NCBI RefSeq assembly: GCF_001186125.1
Contig: NW_014040146.1
Coordinates: forward strand, 6,188-38,502
Direction of reading: 5' to 3'
Source of the DNA: Sphaeroforma arctica JP610
Taxonomy: Eukaryota
DNA length: 32,315 nucleotides
Part shown: piece by piece, positions 12,801-24,446 of the stretch
Numbering within the stretch: position 1 is the stretch's first letter
How the letters are laid out: every line of letters starts with the position of its first letter
Program-made: the position numbers and the translations under genes
The notes under the pieces: generated by a model
Database searches by the model: none
What the model was told of the DNA's origin: nothing
What the model saw: the letters and a program-made list of their open reading frames with translations, nothing else

Positions 12801-14042
12801 TCTGTCTCTAAGAACGTTGTCCACATCTACAGTCCTTCCTTTCCTCTTACGGTACAAAGGCATATGTATTCACTACTTTCTCGACGCATATTACTATCAC
12901 CACATACACCATATACGCATATTACTATCACCACATACACCATATACGCATATTACTAACACTACATACACCATACACCATCCCCTCAGAGCACCATCAA
13001 GTCCATGTTCCTGTCCCTGCTGTTCGTAGGCCTGGTGGTGAGTGTCATGTATCTCATACACAACTGGGCTATAGTGCACGGACACGAGCTTTCACTGTCA
13101 GACCTCTCTCCGCGTAACCTCCTGGCGACGCTACAGACACTGTTCCATTCGATCACCCGACAAACTACCAGTGCCACGCCCCGGCCAGCGGCGGCCAACG
13201 GCTACACTGCCGTGCCTGGGGGTGGCTATGGAGGTATGTGTTGGGTTGGATCACACGTGTGTGAGTGAGTGCTAAAGGTGCTCAGGCGAGGTTATTGCAT
13301 GTTCTGATGACCGCATGCACACCTGTGTGTATGTGCCGGTTATGGTTTATGTCGTCTGATGGTTTATTTAGTTTGGGTTATGTCGTCTGATGGTTTATTT
13401 AGTTTGGTTTATGTAGTCTGATGGTTTATTTAGTTGATACAACTAGGGATTGAAGATAGGGAAGCCAGAGGGCTGTGCAGGCTTTGTACGTTGTGGTATA
13501 TCTGTCGAGTTCCATCTTTGTCTGGCTATGCCACTTATTAGTATGAACCAAACTATTGGGTACTAGGATGTAAACTTCGACCGATCACAACTAGCCTATA
13601 TATCTATTGTTCTTGATTCTATATATCCATTCTTCTTCGATTCTTCCTATCCTAAAACCCTGAAACCCTAAAACTCTAGCATGGTCAGTATGAACTATGA
13701 AGTTCAAGGAACAGGACGTCTACAATGTACTGTAGCATTTACTAAAATAGAGTGTACGTCACAGATATGCATGTATACATGCATTCAATTTATAGCTTAT
13801 AACCCTATACTACAACACCATATACTAAAACAATATACACTACAACACCCTATACTACAACACCCTATACTACAATACTATATACTACAACACCCTATAC
13901 TACAACACCCTATACTACAACACTATATACTACAATACCCTATACAACCACAGGAGCTTCGTATACGGATTCCTCGGGCATGGACAACAGCTTCAGCGCA
14001 GCGGCCGACCGACAATACCAGCGCATTGTAAACGATACTTAA
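4088..14042 (+). CDS. 14-exon type I membrane protein: signal peptide, leucine-rich repeats, LRR C-cap, thrombospondin type-1 domain, Thr/Pro stalk, TM, cytoplasmic tail (~739 aa)
   Basis: Phase-consistent GT-AG exons: 4088-4180, 5011-5125, 5770-5850, 6197-6426, 7075-7351, 7761-7931, 8148-8354, 9483-9572, 9996-10168, 10775-10953, 11435-11553, 12157-12308, 12990-13233, 13954-14042 (2220 nt). Signal peptide MKVLACLLLLNAGALVAG. LxxLdLsxNxI repeats (LTRLDLSHNRI, LRSLDLSGNGL, LETLDMSHNQI, LRTLDLSFNNI). C-cap NPLSCCTLRPWL. TSP1 YGPWTEWGCQC..QYRQRDCDTPAP..GC. TM MFLSLLFVGLVVSVMYLI. Confidence 0.85.
4677..4724. repeat. (TA)n microsatellite in LRR gene intron 1
   Basis: Pure AT dinucleotide run. Similar runs occur at ~6480-6860, 7975-8000, 16920-16985 and 17220-17240. 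Confidence 0.95.
7352..7519. repeat. 27-bp intronic minisatellite starting at the exon 5 donor site
   Basis: About 6 copies of gtgtgtctgacagact(a/g)tgatatgagt; it produces the spurious CLTDYDMSV ORF. Confidence 0.9.
8505..9112. repeat. two imperfect intronic minisatellites (cattctaagtat-containing, 8505-8690; ~48-bp tatataaccagtaatctata...gccattggc, 8870-9112)
   Basis: Direct repeats visible in intron 7 of the LRR gene. Confidence 0.8.
9270..9462. repeat. compound (CT)n/(CA)n microsatellite before the exon 8 acceptor
   Basis: ctctctctcgcacacacacactcac arrays. Confidence 0.9.
10154..10322. repeat. 55-bp tandem repeat x3 that includes the exon 9 end and donor
   Basis: aaggagataa at 10154, 10209 and 10264. 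Confidence 0.9.
10505..10772. repeat. 35-bp intronic minisatellite (~7 copies)
   Basis: Unit acatacatacctaccttgtcatcacactccttggc at 10541, 10576, 10611 and onward. Confidence 0.9.
10944..11290. repeat. 115-bp tandem repeat x3 that includes the exon 10 end and donor
   Basis: aggtgt(ct/ac)aagtgagtg at 10944, 11059 and 11174. Confidence 0.9.
11842..11992. repeat. 24-bp intronic minisatellite
   Basis: About 6 copies of actacactaccagctacaatagta. Confidence 0.9.
13800..13946. repeat. 15-bp intronic minisatellite
   Basis: About 9-10 copies of caccctatactacaa before the last LRR-gene exon. Confidence 0.9.
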
Positions 14043-14100
14043 CGTCTGTACGCTAACACTGCCATTCCCCAAGGCACCAAGCCAGCACCACGCCCATCTA

Positions 14101-14238
14101 GTAGGGTCAGTTAGAGTCTCGTATGTCCCTGATAGCGTAGGGTCAGTTAAAGTCTCGTATGTCCCTGATAGCGTAGGGTCAGTTAGAGTCTCGTATGTCC
14201 CTGATAGCGTAGGGTCAGTTAGAGTCTCGTATGTCCCT
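14101..14238. repeat. 36-bp tandem repeat x4 just 3' of the LRR gene stop
   Basis: gtagggtcagttagagtctcgtatgtccctgatagc at 14101, 14137, 14173 and 14209. The units are adjacent with no unique spacers. Confidence 0.95.
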
Positions 14239-15265
14239 GTTGGTGTATCGGTATGCCCCTGATGGTGCGGGTGGGGTGGATGGGTGTACAGTAGACTGGT
14301 TGCCAGGTCAGTGCTGAGCGTGTGACGGCGGTTTGTCAGGATTCGGCATATACAGGTGGCGAGTGTTGCATGCTTTCCATACAGACGTATAGATGCAGAC
14401 ACACGCGTGCATACACACAGCTATGTAACATGCCAAACCTTTACCAAGAGTCCGTAGGCTAAAGGTCACGTACGATGCTGTGTGTGTGCCTGCGCAAGTG
14501 ATTCTAGGCGTCGTACAGTGAGGTGGAGTGGAAGATCTGCGGAGGTTATCCGTAGGCGCAATCAGTGGAATATCGACCGGAGCAAACATGACTCATAGTT
14601 CAGTGCAAGTGTTTACACGCCTCACACATGCACCCAAGACCGTAAACCCTGGACCCTAACACACCTGCGCAATGAGAGTTAAAACGACCTATCCACTGCC
14701 CCAGGCGCCACACGTGCAAACAGTGAGATGCCCAGGGCAAAGGTTCGGCGCAAGGGCTCGGTTTCCTGCACTGTGCATACCAAACAAACTCAACCGTACA
14801 CAACGAATCCTGCGAAGTAGCAGACCATTCGCAGAGGTTTGCCTATGTGCGCACGTCGAATGCAAACTCAAGAGTCCTCATCTCCGGCAAGCCATCGTGT
14901 GCGAAGGCATCACTCGACATCGGCATATGCGATGCTCCGAAGAGATGGATGTGTCTTGACCTTCATCGGTACCTTGGATCGCTCTGCTAATGATTTATTG
15001 GCTTTGCCCCAACCCTGCACATACCGTAGGCAGCGGTTATCATTCCTAGCGTTCGTGAAGGTACTTACGCCGAGGTGATAGTGCAGTTAGAGCGGAACCT
15101 ATTGCCCTACCAACGCCACTTTCAGCTCCGATGGCGCACTTCGGTACACAAGTTGTCGGTGATTTGATTGGGAGACCTTATCCACCAGACTCACAGACAG
15201 GCAAACAAGCACTCGCGACGTACAGGAGGGGGCCAGAGCCAAGTAGCACGTGGGAATAGACTCTG

Positions 15266-15369
15266 GATCAACCGATTGGCTGTTGAAGTATCTTCCCCTG
15301 AATCAATCGATTGGTCATTAAAGCATCTTCCCTTGAATCAACCGATTGGCTATAACTAACGTATCTTCA
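15266..15369. repeat. 35-bp tandem repeat x3 carrying ATTGG (reverse CCAAT)
   Basis: Three copies of atcaa(c/t)cgattgg...(t/c)atcttc. Confidence 0.8.
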
Positions 15370-16597
15370 TTTGTCCTGTCCGCGCGTCAGACAAGGCGCA
15401 CTTCCCCAGTGTTCTCAAGTGTGACGCAGTGAGGTATGGGCTACCCAATGAAAGGTACAAGTCATTTGTGAGGGAGAATTGTAGTGTCATATAGGTATCA
15501 TACAGCCTGTGCCAAATATGGGTATCATACAGCCTGTAACCATATACGCAGCAGATACACTTAGGGGGTTGACTTGAAAGTTGCTGAGGTGATCGTGAAA
15601 CACACTTCGGGTTGCGAACCCAACATTGCTAAAGCCTGCTGCGCTGCAAGTAGAATGGATTGTCTGTGACTGACTTATTAATTAGATGGCCTGGGTTTTA
15701 GTACAACCATAAATTCTTTGAAATATAAATAGGCACCTATAGCACACACACCCGAATACCCCAGGTTCTCATACTTTATTGTTGATAGTGCGATTTAGAC
15801 ATCCACAAAGGTGACGAATAGCCTTTGGCCTAAAAACTACGTTCAGGTTATGTACAAACTCAGTTTTGGACCCAGAAGTTTTTTATTTTGACTCTGCTTT
15901 GTCAACGTTTGGTATTGACGCACACAGGTGTCTTATTAACCACTGGTAACCCTACTAGCTATACAATTTGACCATAGTGGTAGGCTATCCTTCGAACACG
16001 CCCTGAAGCATAGTGTGGTGCACAAGAGTGCGCTGCGGCACCCGCAATAGAGCCATGAGTCATGACTCAAGTGTCAACTCAGTATGTTACTCACACGAAG
16101 TCATCAACTACAATGCCAACCACCAAACTCTCACAACTGAGTGATGGTGAATGGGCGGGCTATGCCAGCGCTTACAACAACGCTTCCACTAGCTACATAA
16201 CATATTCACGTCATAAGTACGCGCCTTAAAAACTACCACAATACCTTGTGCACATGTAGCTGAACAAAGACGAGTTTCTGGATAGCATGGTGACTAATAT
16301 GTTTTATGTCTACTGCGCATACGTTTCGCATGATTACATATTATCTCACCAACGATGGCGTGCACACGTAAGTGTCGATCATGCCCTGAACTCGCCGTCT
16401 TCCATGCATAGACAAACGAGTGCTTCTCCTCTCACGCAGCTACAACTATACGTTCAAGTCTGCCTGTATGGCCCATATCCGCCTGTTGCGTGTGTTTGCT
16501 TCATATACACACCCACACATACATACAGTGCACTCTAACCTTCTTACAACCGCTTCATACATACATTCTCACACGCGTACGGGACACACTAGCCTTC

Positions 16598-16911
16598 CTA
16601 CAAACGGGTCACGCCTATCATGCTGTCTCTGGTCACCAGTCGCAGTAACTCCTCATCAGTACAGTTCTCAGAGCCGCTGGGGCGCTCAGGAATCACCAAG
16701 TACCGAACATCGGCTGTGCTGTCGTGCACTCGGATGGCAACGTCCTTGGGTATGTCTGTGCCAAATTCCTTCAAAACCTTTTGTGTGAGGGGACAGGAGG
16801 GATTCTACGTAGTGAGAGTGCTTGCGAGAGACTGGTACGGCAGAGTTGTAATTAATCAAAAATGGCGACAATGCACGACCATACACATACATATCGACAA
16901 TTAAACACACC

Positions 16912-16989
<78 letters not shown>

Positions 16990-19900
16990 TACATGTATAT
17001 ACAATTGAAAATCGATGAAACAGCAGTACATAAGCCATACCTTGCGGGGTTCGAAAACTATACGTGATCGATAAGATCGAGATTTGTACCAGGGTGGACT
17101 GAGACCCAACAATGCGATGGGATAGCATGAGCAGAGTGTGCACACCACCACATTGTGTGCGGTAGGCGTGTTTGCCACCACAATCACCTGAGAATGGGTA
17201 GTAGAAATCCAGATGAGTTTATATATATATATATATATGTTATATGTGTGTGGGGGAGGGGGGCAAGATTGAAATAATACACACTTGCCTTAATACCCAT
17301 TAGAAAAATGTGAGACCGACTGCAAACACACACATTCAGCTTTACGACCCAAACGCACCCTTGCAGGTAAGACCTCTCCCTCCTTCGGTATACCCTCCTC
17401 AGCCATTGGTGCTTTAGAGTCGGTCAGTAGACGTTGCTTGAATGCCTCGTCCTTCCAGGCACGCACCACCAGACGTGCGCCTGCGTAGTCCTGGCCGTAT
17501 CCGTCGATCACCTCAATCTCTTTGCGCAAATCCTGAGTGTTTGGTGTGGTTTGTCGTTGTTTAGAGTTGCATCAACTTGTTGGGCAAGCTAGAGAGATTT
17601 CCAGCGAACGTGACAGGGATCAAACGAAGGAAATACGCTCGTACTTCAGCGGTGGTTCATTAAATTAACATAAGTCCAGAGCTCGAAAGGGAAAGCGTCT
17701 GTATTTCCCCTTAACCACTATGAATGCAAATCCTTCCAAGTATCTTCGTCATACTGTGTGTACCAGTCGACCGTTTGCATAGATACGCTCAACAGATGTG
17801 CATTGCAGATGTGTACTAAATGCTCTAGATCCATCGCACCGATAGTTCCGACTCACCTCAGCGGTGAAGATATTCTTTTGAATGAAGACTTTTTCGAGAG
17901 TGTCGGCTAGTGGTGCCAGTGGTGGCAAAGGTCCCTCCCGGTCTACAGCTGAAGGGACATACAGCGAAGCGAATCAGGGTTTAGATAAAGTTATATAGAA
18001 CTATCTAGAGGTGTGTAGATTGGGCTGGTTTAAATGAAGGTATAAAAAACTATCTAGAGGTATGTATGATGGACTAGTTTAAATAAAAGTATATATAACT
18101 ATCAAGAGGCGTGTTCTTTGGCCTGAGAAATTTGCGAATACTGACCAACAGAGAATTCAAGTGTGCATATACTTGTTCTTATAACGCTGATGTGCACTGC
18201 AGGTTAATGTAGCGAAGGAGATGCATTTGGTACATTTACCATCCGAGCGCAGAATTAAATAGAGACGTATACGTGGCATGGAATGTTTTTTATATACAGG
18301 CCGTTAAAGTGCTTCCGTGTACATATACTTGTTCTTATGACGCTGATGTGCATTACAGGTTGATGTAGCGAAGGAGATGCAGTTGGTACATTTACCATCC
18401 GAGCACAGAATTAAATAGCGACGTATACGTGACATGGAATGTTTTGTATATACAGGCCGTTAAAGTGCTTCCGTGTAAATATACTTGTTCTTATGACGCT
18501 GATGTGCACTGCAGGTTGACCGTACATGTCTGGTCGTATGATTTGCGTGAATGGCTACACATAAGGAATACGCCACATGGTGTGGGCCCGCCCATACAAA
18601 TAGCTCCCATGACAATAGGCCATGAACAATATGATGAAAGTAAGAGCACACTGGTTAAAACATGGTCCACAGCGCGCCAATACGACAAGCCGGAAATACA
18701 TTGAGTCCATGACATCTTAAATCATACCCTCTCCCCCACACCCAAGACACCGTAAATCACCCCCCCACACACACACCCAAGACACCGTAAATCACCCCCC
18801 CCCCCCCGCCCAATCTGGTACCGTCGGCGTACCTGTTTGCTCCACTACGCTCCTCTGCTCATGAACATGGTCTCCGTGATCATGCGCGTGCCCGTCGCCA
18901 TCTCCGTGTGAGTGCGAATGCGCCTCACTATCGTCATGAGCGTGTGCGTGTGAGTGTTTCATCAAGTCCACGTGGGCGTGCGAGTCCGCTGCAGTGCCGT
19001 CGTTGAGCCACATGTCGTACACGTCTGCGTCTAACGTATCATTCGCACCGCCTAAAGGAAGTGAAGTGTGAAGAATTTAGTTCCAGCTGCGCAGGTACCG
19101 TGACTTAGTAATGTCGATCTATTGCAGGTTCTGAGTGCGTGGGATACTACAAAAGCTATATATATATATATATGTAGTAATAATAAATACACAAATCATG
19201 ATGGGACTACCCATTATCAGCCCTGCGTCGACTGCTGAAGGTTCATTTCCACACACCAAAGGGCTGTCAATAGTAGGTAGGTGTATGGCCTCATCCGCCG
19301 TACAGATACACTCCTGTCAGATGCGTACCGTCACAGCATCACATTTTCTGACGAGAAGACACGTACACATAGACATTCACTCTCGTAGTCCCGTGCACAT
19401 ACCCTCATACGCCTTCCATATATGTGCTTGGTTGAAGCGAACCTTATACAGCGTCTGTGTCAGTGTATAGTCACTGCCTAGCGCTTTCAGCTCGGGTGTG
19501 CCATACTCGCCCAAGACTTCGATAACCTCACCGCGTGCACCGAAGATGTATCCGGGTGTGCGCAAATGAGGCTTTCTCCTGCATTGGCAGTATAATAAGA
19601 ACCCATTCTGGTATGAGATCACTACTTGCTACGTCTCTAATCCATTCAGTAGCTAAGATATAGTATTTTTTTGCGAGCGGGCCGCTATAAAGTATATGTA
19701 TACAATTGGATATGCCAGGGAGAGAACGCTGTGGCTATTACCACGCTCGAGATTAATCACGCACGTGTAATCTCACACGTAAGTTTGCGCATCACACGAG
19801 CGTCTAATAAAACACACCCGACATCCCCAAAACAGCGCACAGGCCACATCATATGCTACAACGCACTCACACGAAAGTGTGTTCCAACGATTGCTTGCTA

Positions 19901-22900
19901 AGTGAGATTCATTACTACGGTACCACGCTGGTCACATGTAAGAGACAGGGATATCATATGCTACAACACACTCACACGAAAGTGTGTTCTAAAGATTGCT
20001 TGCTAAGTGAGATTCACTTGTACGGTGCCTCGCTGGTCACGTGTAAGAGATAGGGGTATCATATGCTACAACACAAACACACGAAAGTGTGTTCTAAAGA
20101 TTGCTTGCTAAATGAGATTCATTAATAAGGTATCACGCTGGTCACGTGTAAGAGATAGGGGTATCATATGCTACAACACCCTCACACGAAAGTGTGTTCA
20201 CTCACACTAAAGCGTGTTCTAACGATTGCTTGCTAAGTGCGATTCATTAGTACGGTACCACGCTGGTCAAGTGTAAGAGACAGGGGTATCATATGCTACA
20301 ACACACTCACACGAAAGTGTGTTCTAAAGATTGCTTGCTAAGTGAGATTCATTAGTACGGTGCCTCGCTGGTCACGTGTAAGAAATAGGGGTATCATATG
20401 CTACAACACACTCACACGAAAGTGTGTTCACGCACACTAAAGCGTGTTCTAACGATTGCTTGCTAAGTGCGATTCATTAGTACTGTACCACGCTGGTCAA
20501 GTGTAAGAGACAGGGGTATCATATGCTACAACACACTCACACGAAAGTGTGTTCTAAAGATTGCTTGCTAAGTGAGATTCATTAGGGTTTCAGACCGCCG
20601 TGATCACGACAGGCATGTGCAGATGGACTCACCAGTGCGTGGAGAAGTCCTCAGCCTTTACAGTCACTGTATCGCCGACGGCAAAGCGTGGAGCTATGTA
20701 GGTAACGCTTGTATCTACGCCCATCGCCTGGTACAGATCAGTGACGGCGAAGATGTGCCGGTCAATGCACTGGCTGAAGGGAAGATGGCCAATACAAGTG
20801 CAAAACTTCAGATGAACGAAAGTGTAGCACCTCAGCTAGAAGAAAGTACAGCACTTCAACTGCAAGATGCGCCGAAAGCGATGGTGAACTCGTACCGAAC
20901 TCAGCCGCACTGTTGGCCCACACACACTGGCGACTCACATTGAAGTGGGTGCACGTGTACTATCGCCGTGATCCGTGTATGCAGATCAGTCAACCAAATG
21001 CACTAAGTCACGGTATGAAGAGTAGTCAGCACTCGTGCAGGGAGGATGGATTATATGTACACGAGATAGTCAACCCCATGACACCATGGGCAGTTGTTCT
21101 GGTGTACACTACGCATGACACGAGAGTAAAGTGCTAGCAGCACAACGACACACGTCCGTAGGACACATAGTGGGTTGTTAATTCGGCCAGATCGAGTAGT
21201 CCTAGTGAAACACCGAATAAAATTATCCGTACAAGTGGACATGTATTTGGGTGAACCCCTCGTGAAACAGTTTCCGGCATCGTCGAGCATACAGCTGTAG
21301 GTACAGAATAAGTTCTGTAAACATGTACAGACAACTAACTATGCGTGTATGCACATAATGCCTGCACAGTATTTATGAACCACTGGCACTATATACCTGC
21401 ATACACTCACTCAAGGTGTGGTACTAGGCAACTGCTTATTGATGATGGTGACGTCTGTATGCTTGTTGAACGCATACCGTGTAATAGACGAGGCCCACTT
21501 CTCGTAGTACGTGGCGTCCGCATACACCTCATCTTCAAGCGACTCTACACCCACCCGAAGTTCCTGAGAGAGGGCCAGGTAGGTAGGTCAGGTGTGTGTT
21601 AGAAGAGAGCTTCAGGTGTAGACGGGTTGAGAGTAGCCAGTTGTTGTATTCAGATGCTTTGAACACGCACGTCTACTGCAAGCTCATGTACTTGTGTGTG
21701 CATTCCGCTGTGATTCTGTATGTACAGTTGCCTTGGTTACATGAGGTGGGCTGTTGACTGTTTGGGAGAGTCATCCGACGCACAAGATATATGAGCTACG
21801 TTTGCACTCACTCAGGCTGTGTACAGTAGCTCTGTCTGGTTAAGATGGCTCAAGAATACTGAGTATAGCTGCTGCCTGCTATATTGTATCGAACTCGACG
21901 CGGTAAAATATTACGACTTTATAGAACACGGTTCTTCCACAATATTCAACACATTTGACCAGTAGGTACGCGAACAAGCCGATACAGAATCACTCAATAG
22001 GTGACAGTTGAGTGGCATGTCACTCATAACTACACCCAAATGTAGCCAACAACAGACGCAGCAGGAATCAATGGAACAACTAAAATGGCTGGAGCATAAA
22101 GCACCGGGCCCCATACACGTGATGGAACGAGGTCATTGCTTTCAGCGAATGTCACTACACTTTCGATAGGCATGTTAATCAGTCAGTGATGCCCATTGAC
22201 ACACTCACAAGCACACCCATACTTACGTCAGTGGTCATCAGTCCTCGTTTGGCTATCAGCTGGAACATCGCGTGCACCTGTGTACCAACAGTGGGTCAAA
22301 ACCATCATCGTGAGGTGATGCTAGGAACAATGAGCAGGGTATAGGGCCGTTAAAAGTTTGGGATATAAATCAGACACCACACATTTGTCGCGACACTGAA
22401 CCATGAACTGGAGCGATATAGACTGTATGGCTCATAGATAGACAGCATGGCTCATGGGTATAGGGTGACACAGGTTCACTGGTCCCTTGGTTTTTCTATC
22501 GTTTGAGTCCAGCTGGGATCGCCGAATACGTGATATTCTACTTCACATCTTCACTATCGTGTCTCTAGTAAGCACGCACACGCACCACGTAAGTTCGATT
22601 GAGGCGGATGTTCGCGATTGCATAACAAGTATTGTGAATAGCACACACTTACCTTCCTCTCCCAGAATGCTGTGGGGGGCTCTTCCAGATCGATACTCTG
22701 ATTGTATGCCTCTTTACACGACCCTCCCGCATCATGCACGCCCAACATTCCTGGTTTAGCCTCCGCCGAGCCCACTAATAGACAAGACGTAGATGAATGG
22801 TGTACATAAGATTGGCTAGAACCGCTCTAGCCCACTTTATCACCGAGAACCGTTCTAGCTAACTATATAAGCGCTTCCTGATGGAAATAATGCATGTATT

Positions 22901-23493
22901 CATTCTATACGAAACGATTTTGCTAATCGAATGTTATAGCCGTATTTTGATGGTAACAAGGTATATGTAATAAGGAGTATACAAGATCACATGTCACTCT
23001 TGCTAACTATAGAAATGAGGTCAGAGAGTCACCATCAAAAACATTAGAAGCGTGTCACCGCTCTAATTCCCACGCATGGTGTGCATCGACATACGCAAAT
23101 TAAGGTTTGTAACCAGATAAAGGGGTGAGGGATGTTAACATGCCTGACCGTTCGATGAGAAGAAGTGATCAAATGCATTTCGTGTGTGAACTGTAGGACA
23201 GGCAAGTACTCGTGGAGCAGCAAGCCTGATCATTCTATCGATGGCTCGATAATACTCACGGGACAATGAACACCTCGAAATATCAGACAGTGGTGATCGT
23301 GATATGCCAGCAGTACCGTATTAACGTGTGTACCACACAATTATGTACATGAGCAACGCTAACTATGGAAATGTCAAATATGACACTATTCTACAGTATG
23401 TTTTAGGGTTAGACAACCTGAAGCGCGAGCGTCGTTCAACCAATACTTACCCTCAGACGGGTGCTTTGCACTCTCCTTATTGTCGCCGACCAT
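16598..23493 (-). CDS. fused beta-alpha cobalt-type nitrile hydratase with His-rich linker, 11 exons, 476 aa
   Basis: Phase-consistent exons on the minus strand: 23493-23451, 22774-22653, 22277-22227, 21563-21478, 20773-20633, 19578-19403, 19051-18833, 17948-17857, 17532-17359, 17187-17041, 16777-16598 (1431 nt). Beta motifs [46 protein letters not shown]. Alpha motifs [29 protein letters not shown] (Co-type T/Y signature), [38 protein letters not shown]. Exon 1 is the least certain; the alternative start is ATG 22748. Confidence 0.93.
18160..18518. repeat. 156-bp tandem duplication (~2.3 copies) in a nitrile hydratase intron
   Basis: atatacttgttcttat at 18167, 18323 and 18479. Confidence 0.9.
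19846..20585. repeat. 105/125-bp minisatellite (7 copies) in a nitrile hydratase intron
   Basis: catatgctacaac at ~19850, 19955, 20060, 20165, 20290, 20395 and 20520; two copies carry a 20-bp internal duplication. Confidence 0.92.
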
Positions 23494-24118
23494 CACTCGC
23501 TGATTGTCCACTTACGTATCGAACAAACTTTGACCTCTAGAACTAGATACTGTACTCTCATCGCTACTTACAACAGCTTTTGTTTACTTTTCACTTTTTG
23601 AGGGTCTCTCAACACGAACAACATAGTCCGATTTTCATAGCCCATTTTAGCCTTTTGAGAGTAAATTTTCTTTTAAAACGATGTGTGCGACATCGGGTTG
23701 GACCTCAGACTCAAGAGGGTTTTTGTTTTTCATGACAGCCTTCTTGTTCTTTTTTCAGGTTATGTACAACTGCATTTTTGTATTTTGGGCTATATGATAT
23801 ACCATAGCTCTCTAAATATAACATACAGCAGCAGTATAAGTAGGATAAAGGTACACAGATGAAACGAAGCAGGCTGACAAAAGCGATTGCAATCGTGTCG
23901 AAACAGAACCATGCTTTTGCCTGTCTCGTTGATCTCTATTTGAAAGCTGTACGTAAAAGCGATGCTGAATATACTGCTGCTGTTCTTCAAGTATCTTTTC
24001 AAGTACTACTAATTCTACAAACTACAATACTTAAATGCGAATTGGTGCTCAATACACCCGAGTATTTATATACATGTACCTTTATTTTTTTTGTTTTTTA
24101 ACAAAGAACCACCTGACA

Positions 24119-24440
24119 AAGCCAGTCCTGCTTTGAGTCATTGGCCTGACTTCGTTTGAGCGATTGTTCTACTAGCGCTCGCTATTCATATATAAAATTC
24201 GTGTCCGTAACAACAATGTAATATGTCCCGTTCCGAAACCTCATCCGACGCATGCGCGGTATTCGTTGACCACTGGTCTCTCTTCTTAAGCCAGCCCTGC
24301 TTTGAGTCAAAGATCTGACATTCCTTTGAGCGTTTGTTCTAGCGCTCGCTATTCATATATTAACTCCCGTGTCCGTAACAAAAATGAATTACGCCCCGTT
24401 GCGAATCTCGTATTCGTTGACCACTGGTTTCTCTCCTTCA
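24119..24440. repeat. ~170-bp diverged tandem duplication in the 3' region of p62-2
   Basis: gccag.cctgctttgagtca...tagcgctcgctattcatatat...gtgtccgtaacaa...gtattcgttgaccactggt occurs twice (from ~24121 and ~24290). Confidence 0.9.
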
Positions 24441-24446
24441 CTATTC

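Noticed and set aside
14101..14238. 36-bp repeats resembling a CRISPR array
   Set aside because: The units are directly adjacent with no unique spacers, there are no cas genes, and the context is eukaryotic.
14240..15600. Short ORFs suggesting a gene or transposon between the LRR and NHase genes
   Set aside because: I could find no coherent exon chain, protein motif, LTR or TIR pair.
20572..20943. Plus-strand 123-aa ORF
   Set aside because: It overlaps a nitrile hydratase exon in antisense and has no recognisable motif.
21051..21334. Candidate nitrile hydratase exons (e.g. GLLDLAEL)
   Set aside because: The phases do not fit, and exon 21563-21478 splices in frame directly to 20773.
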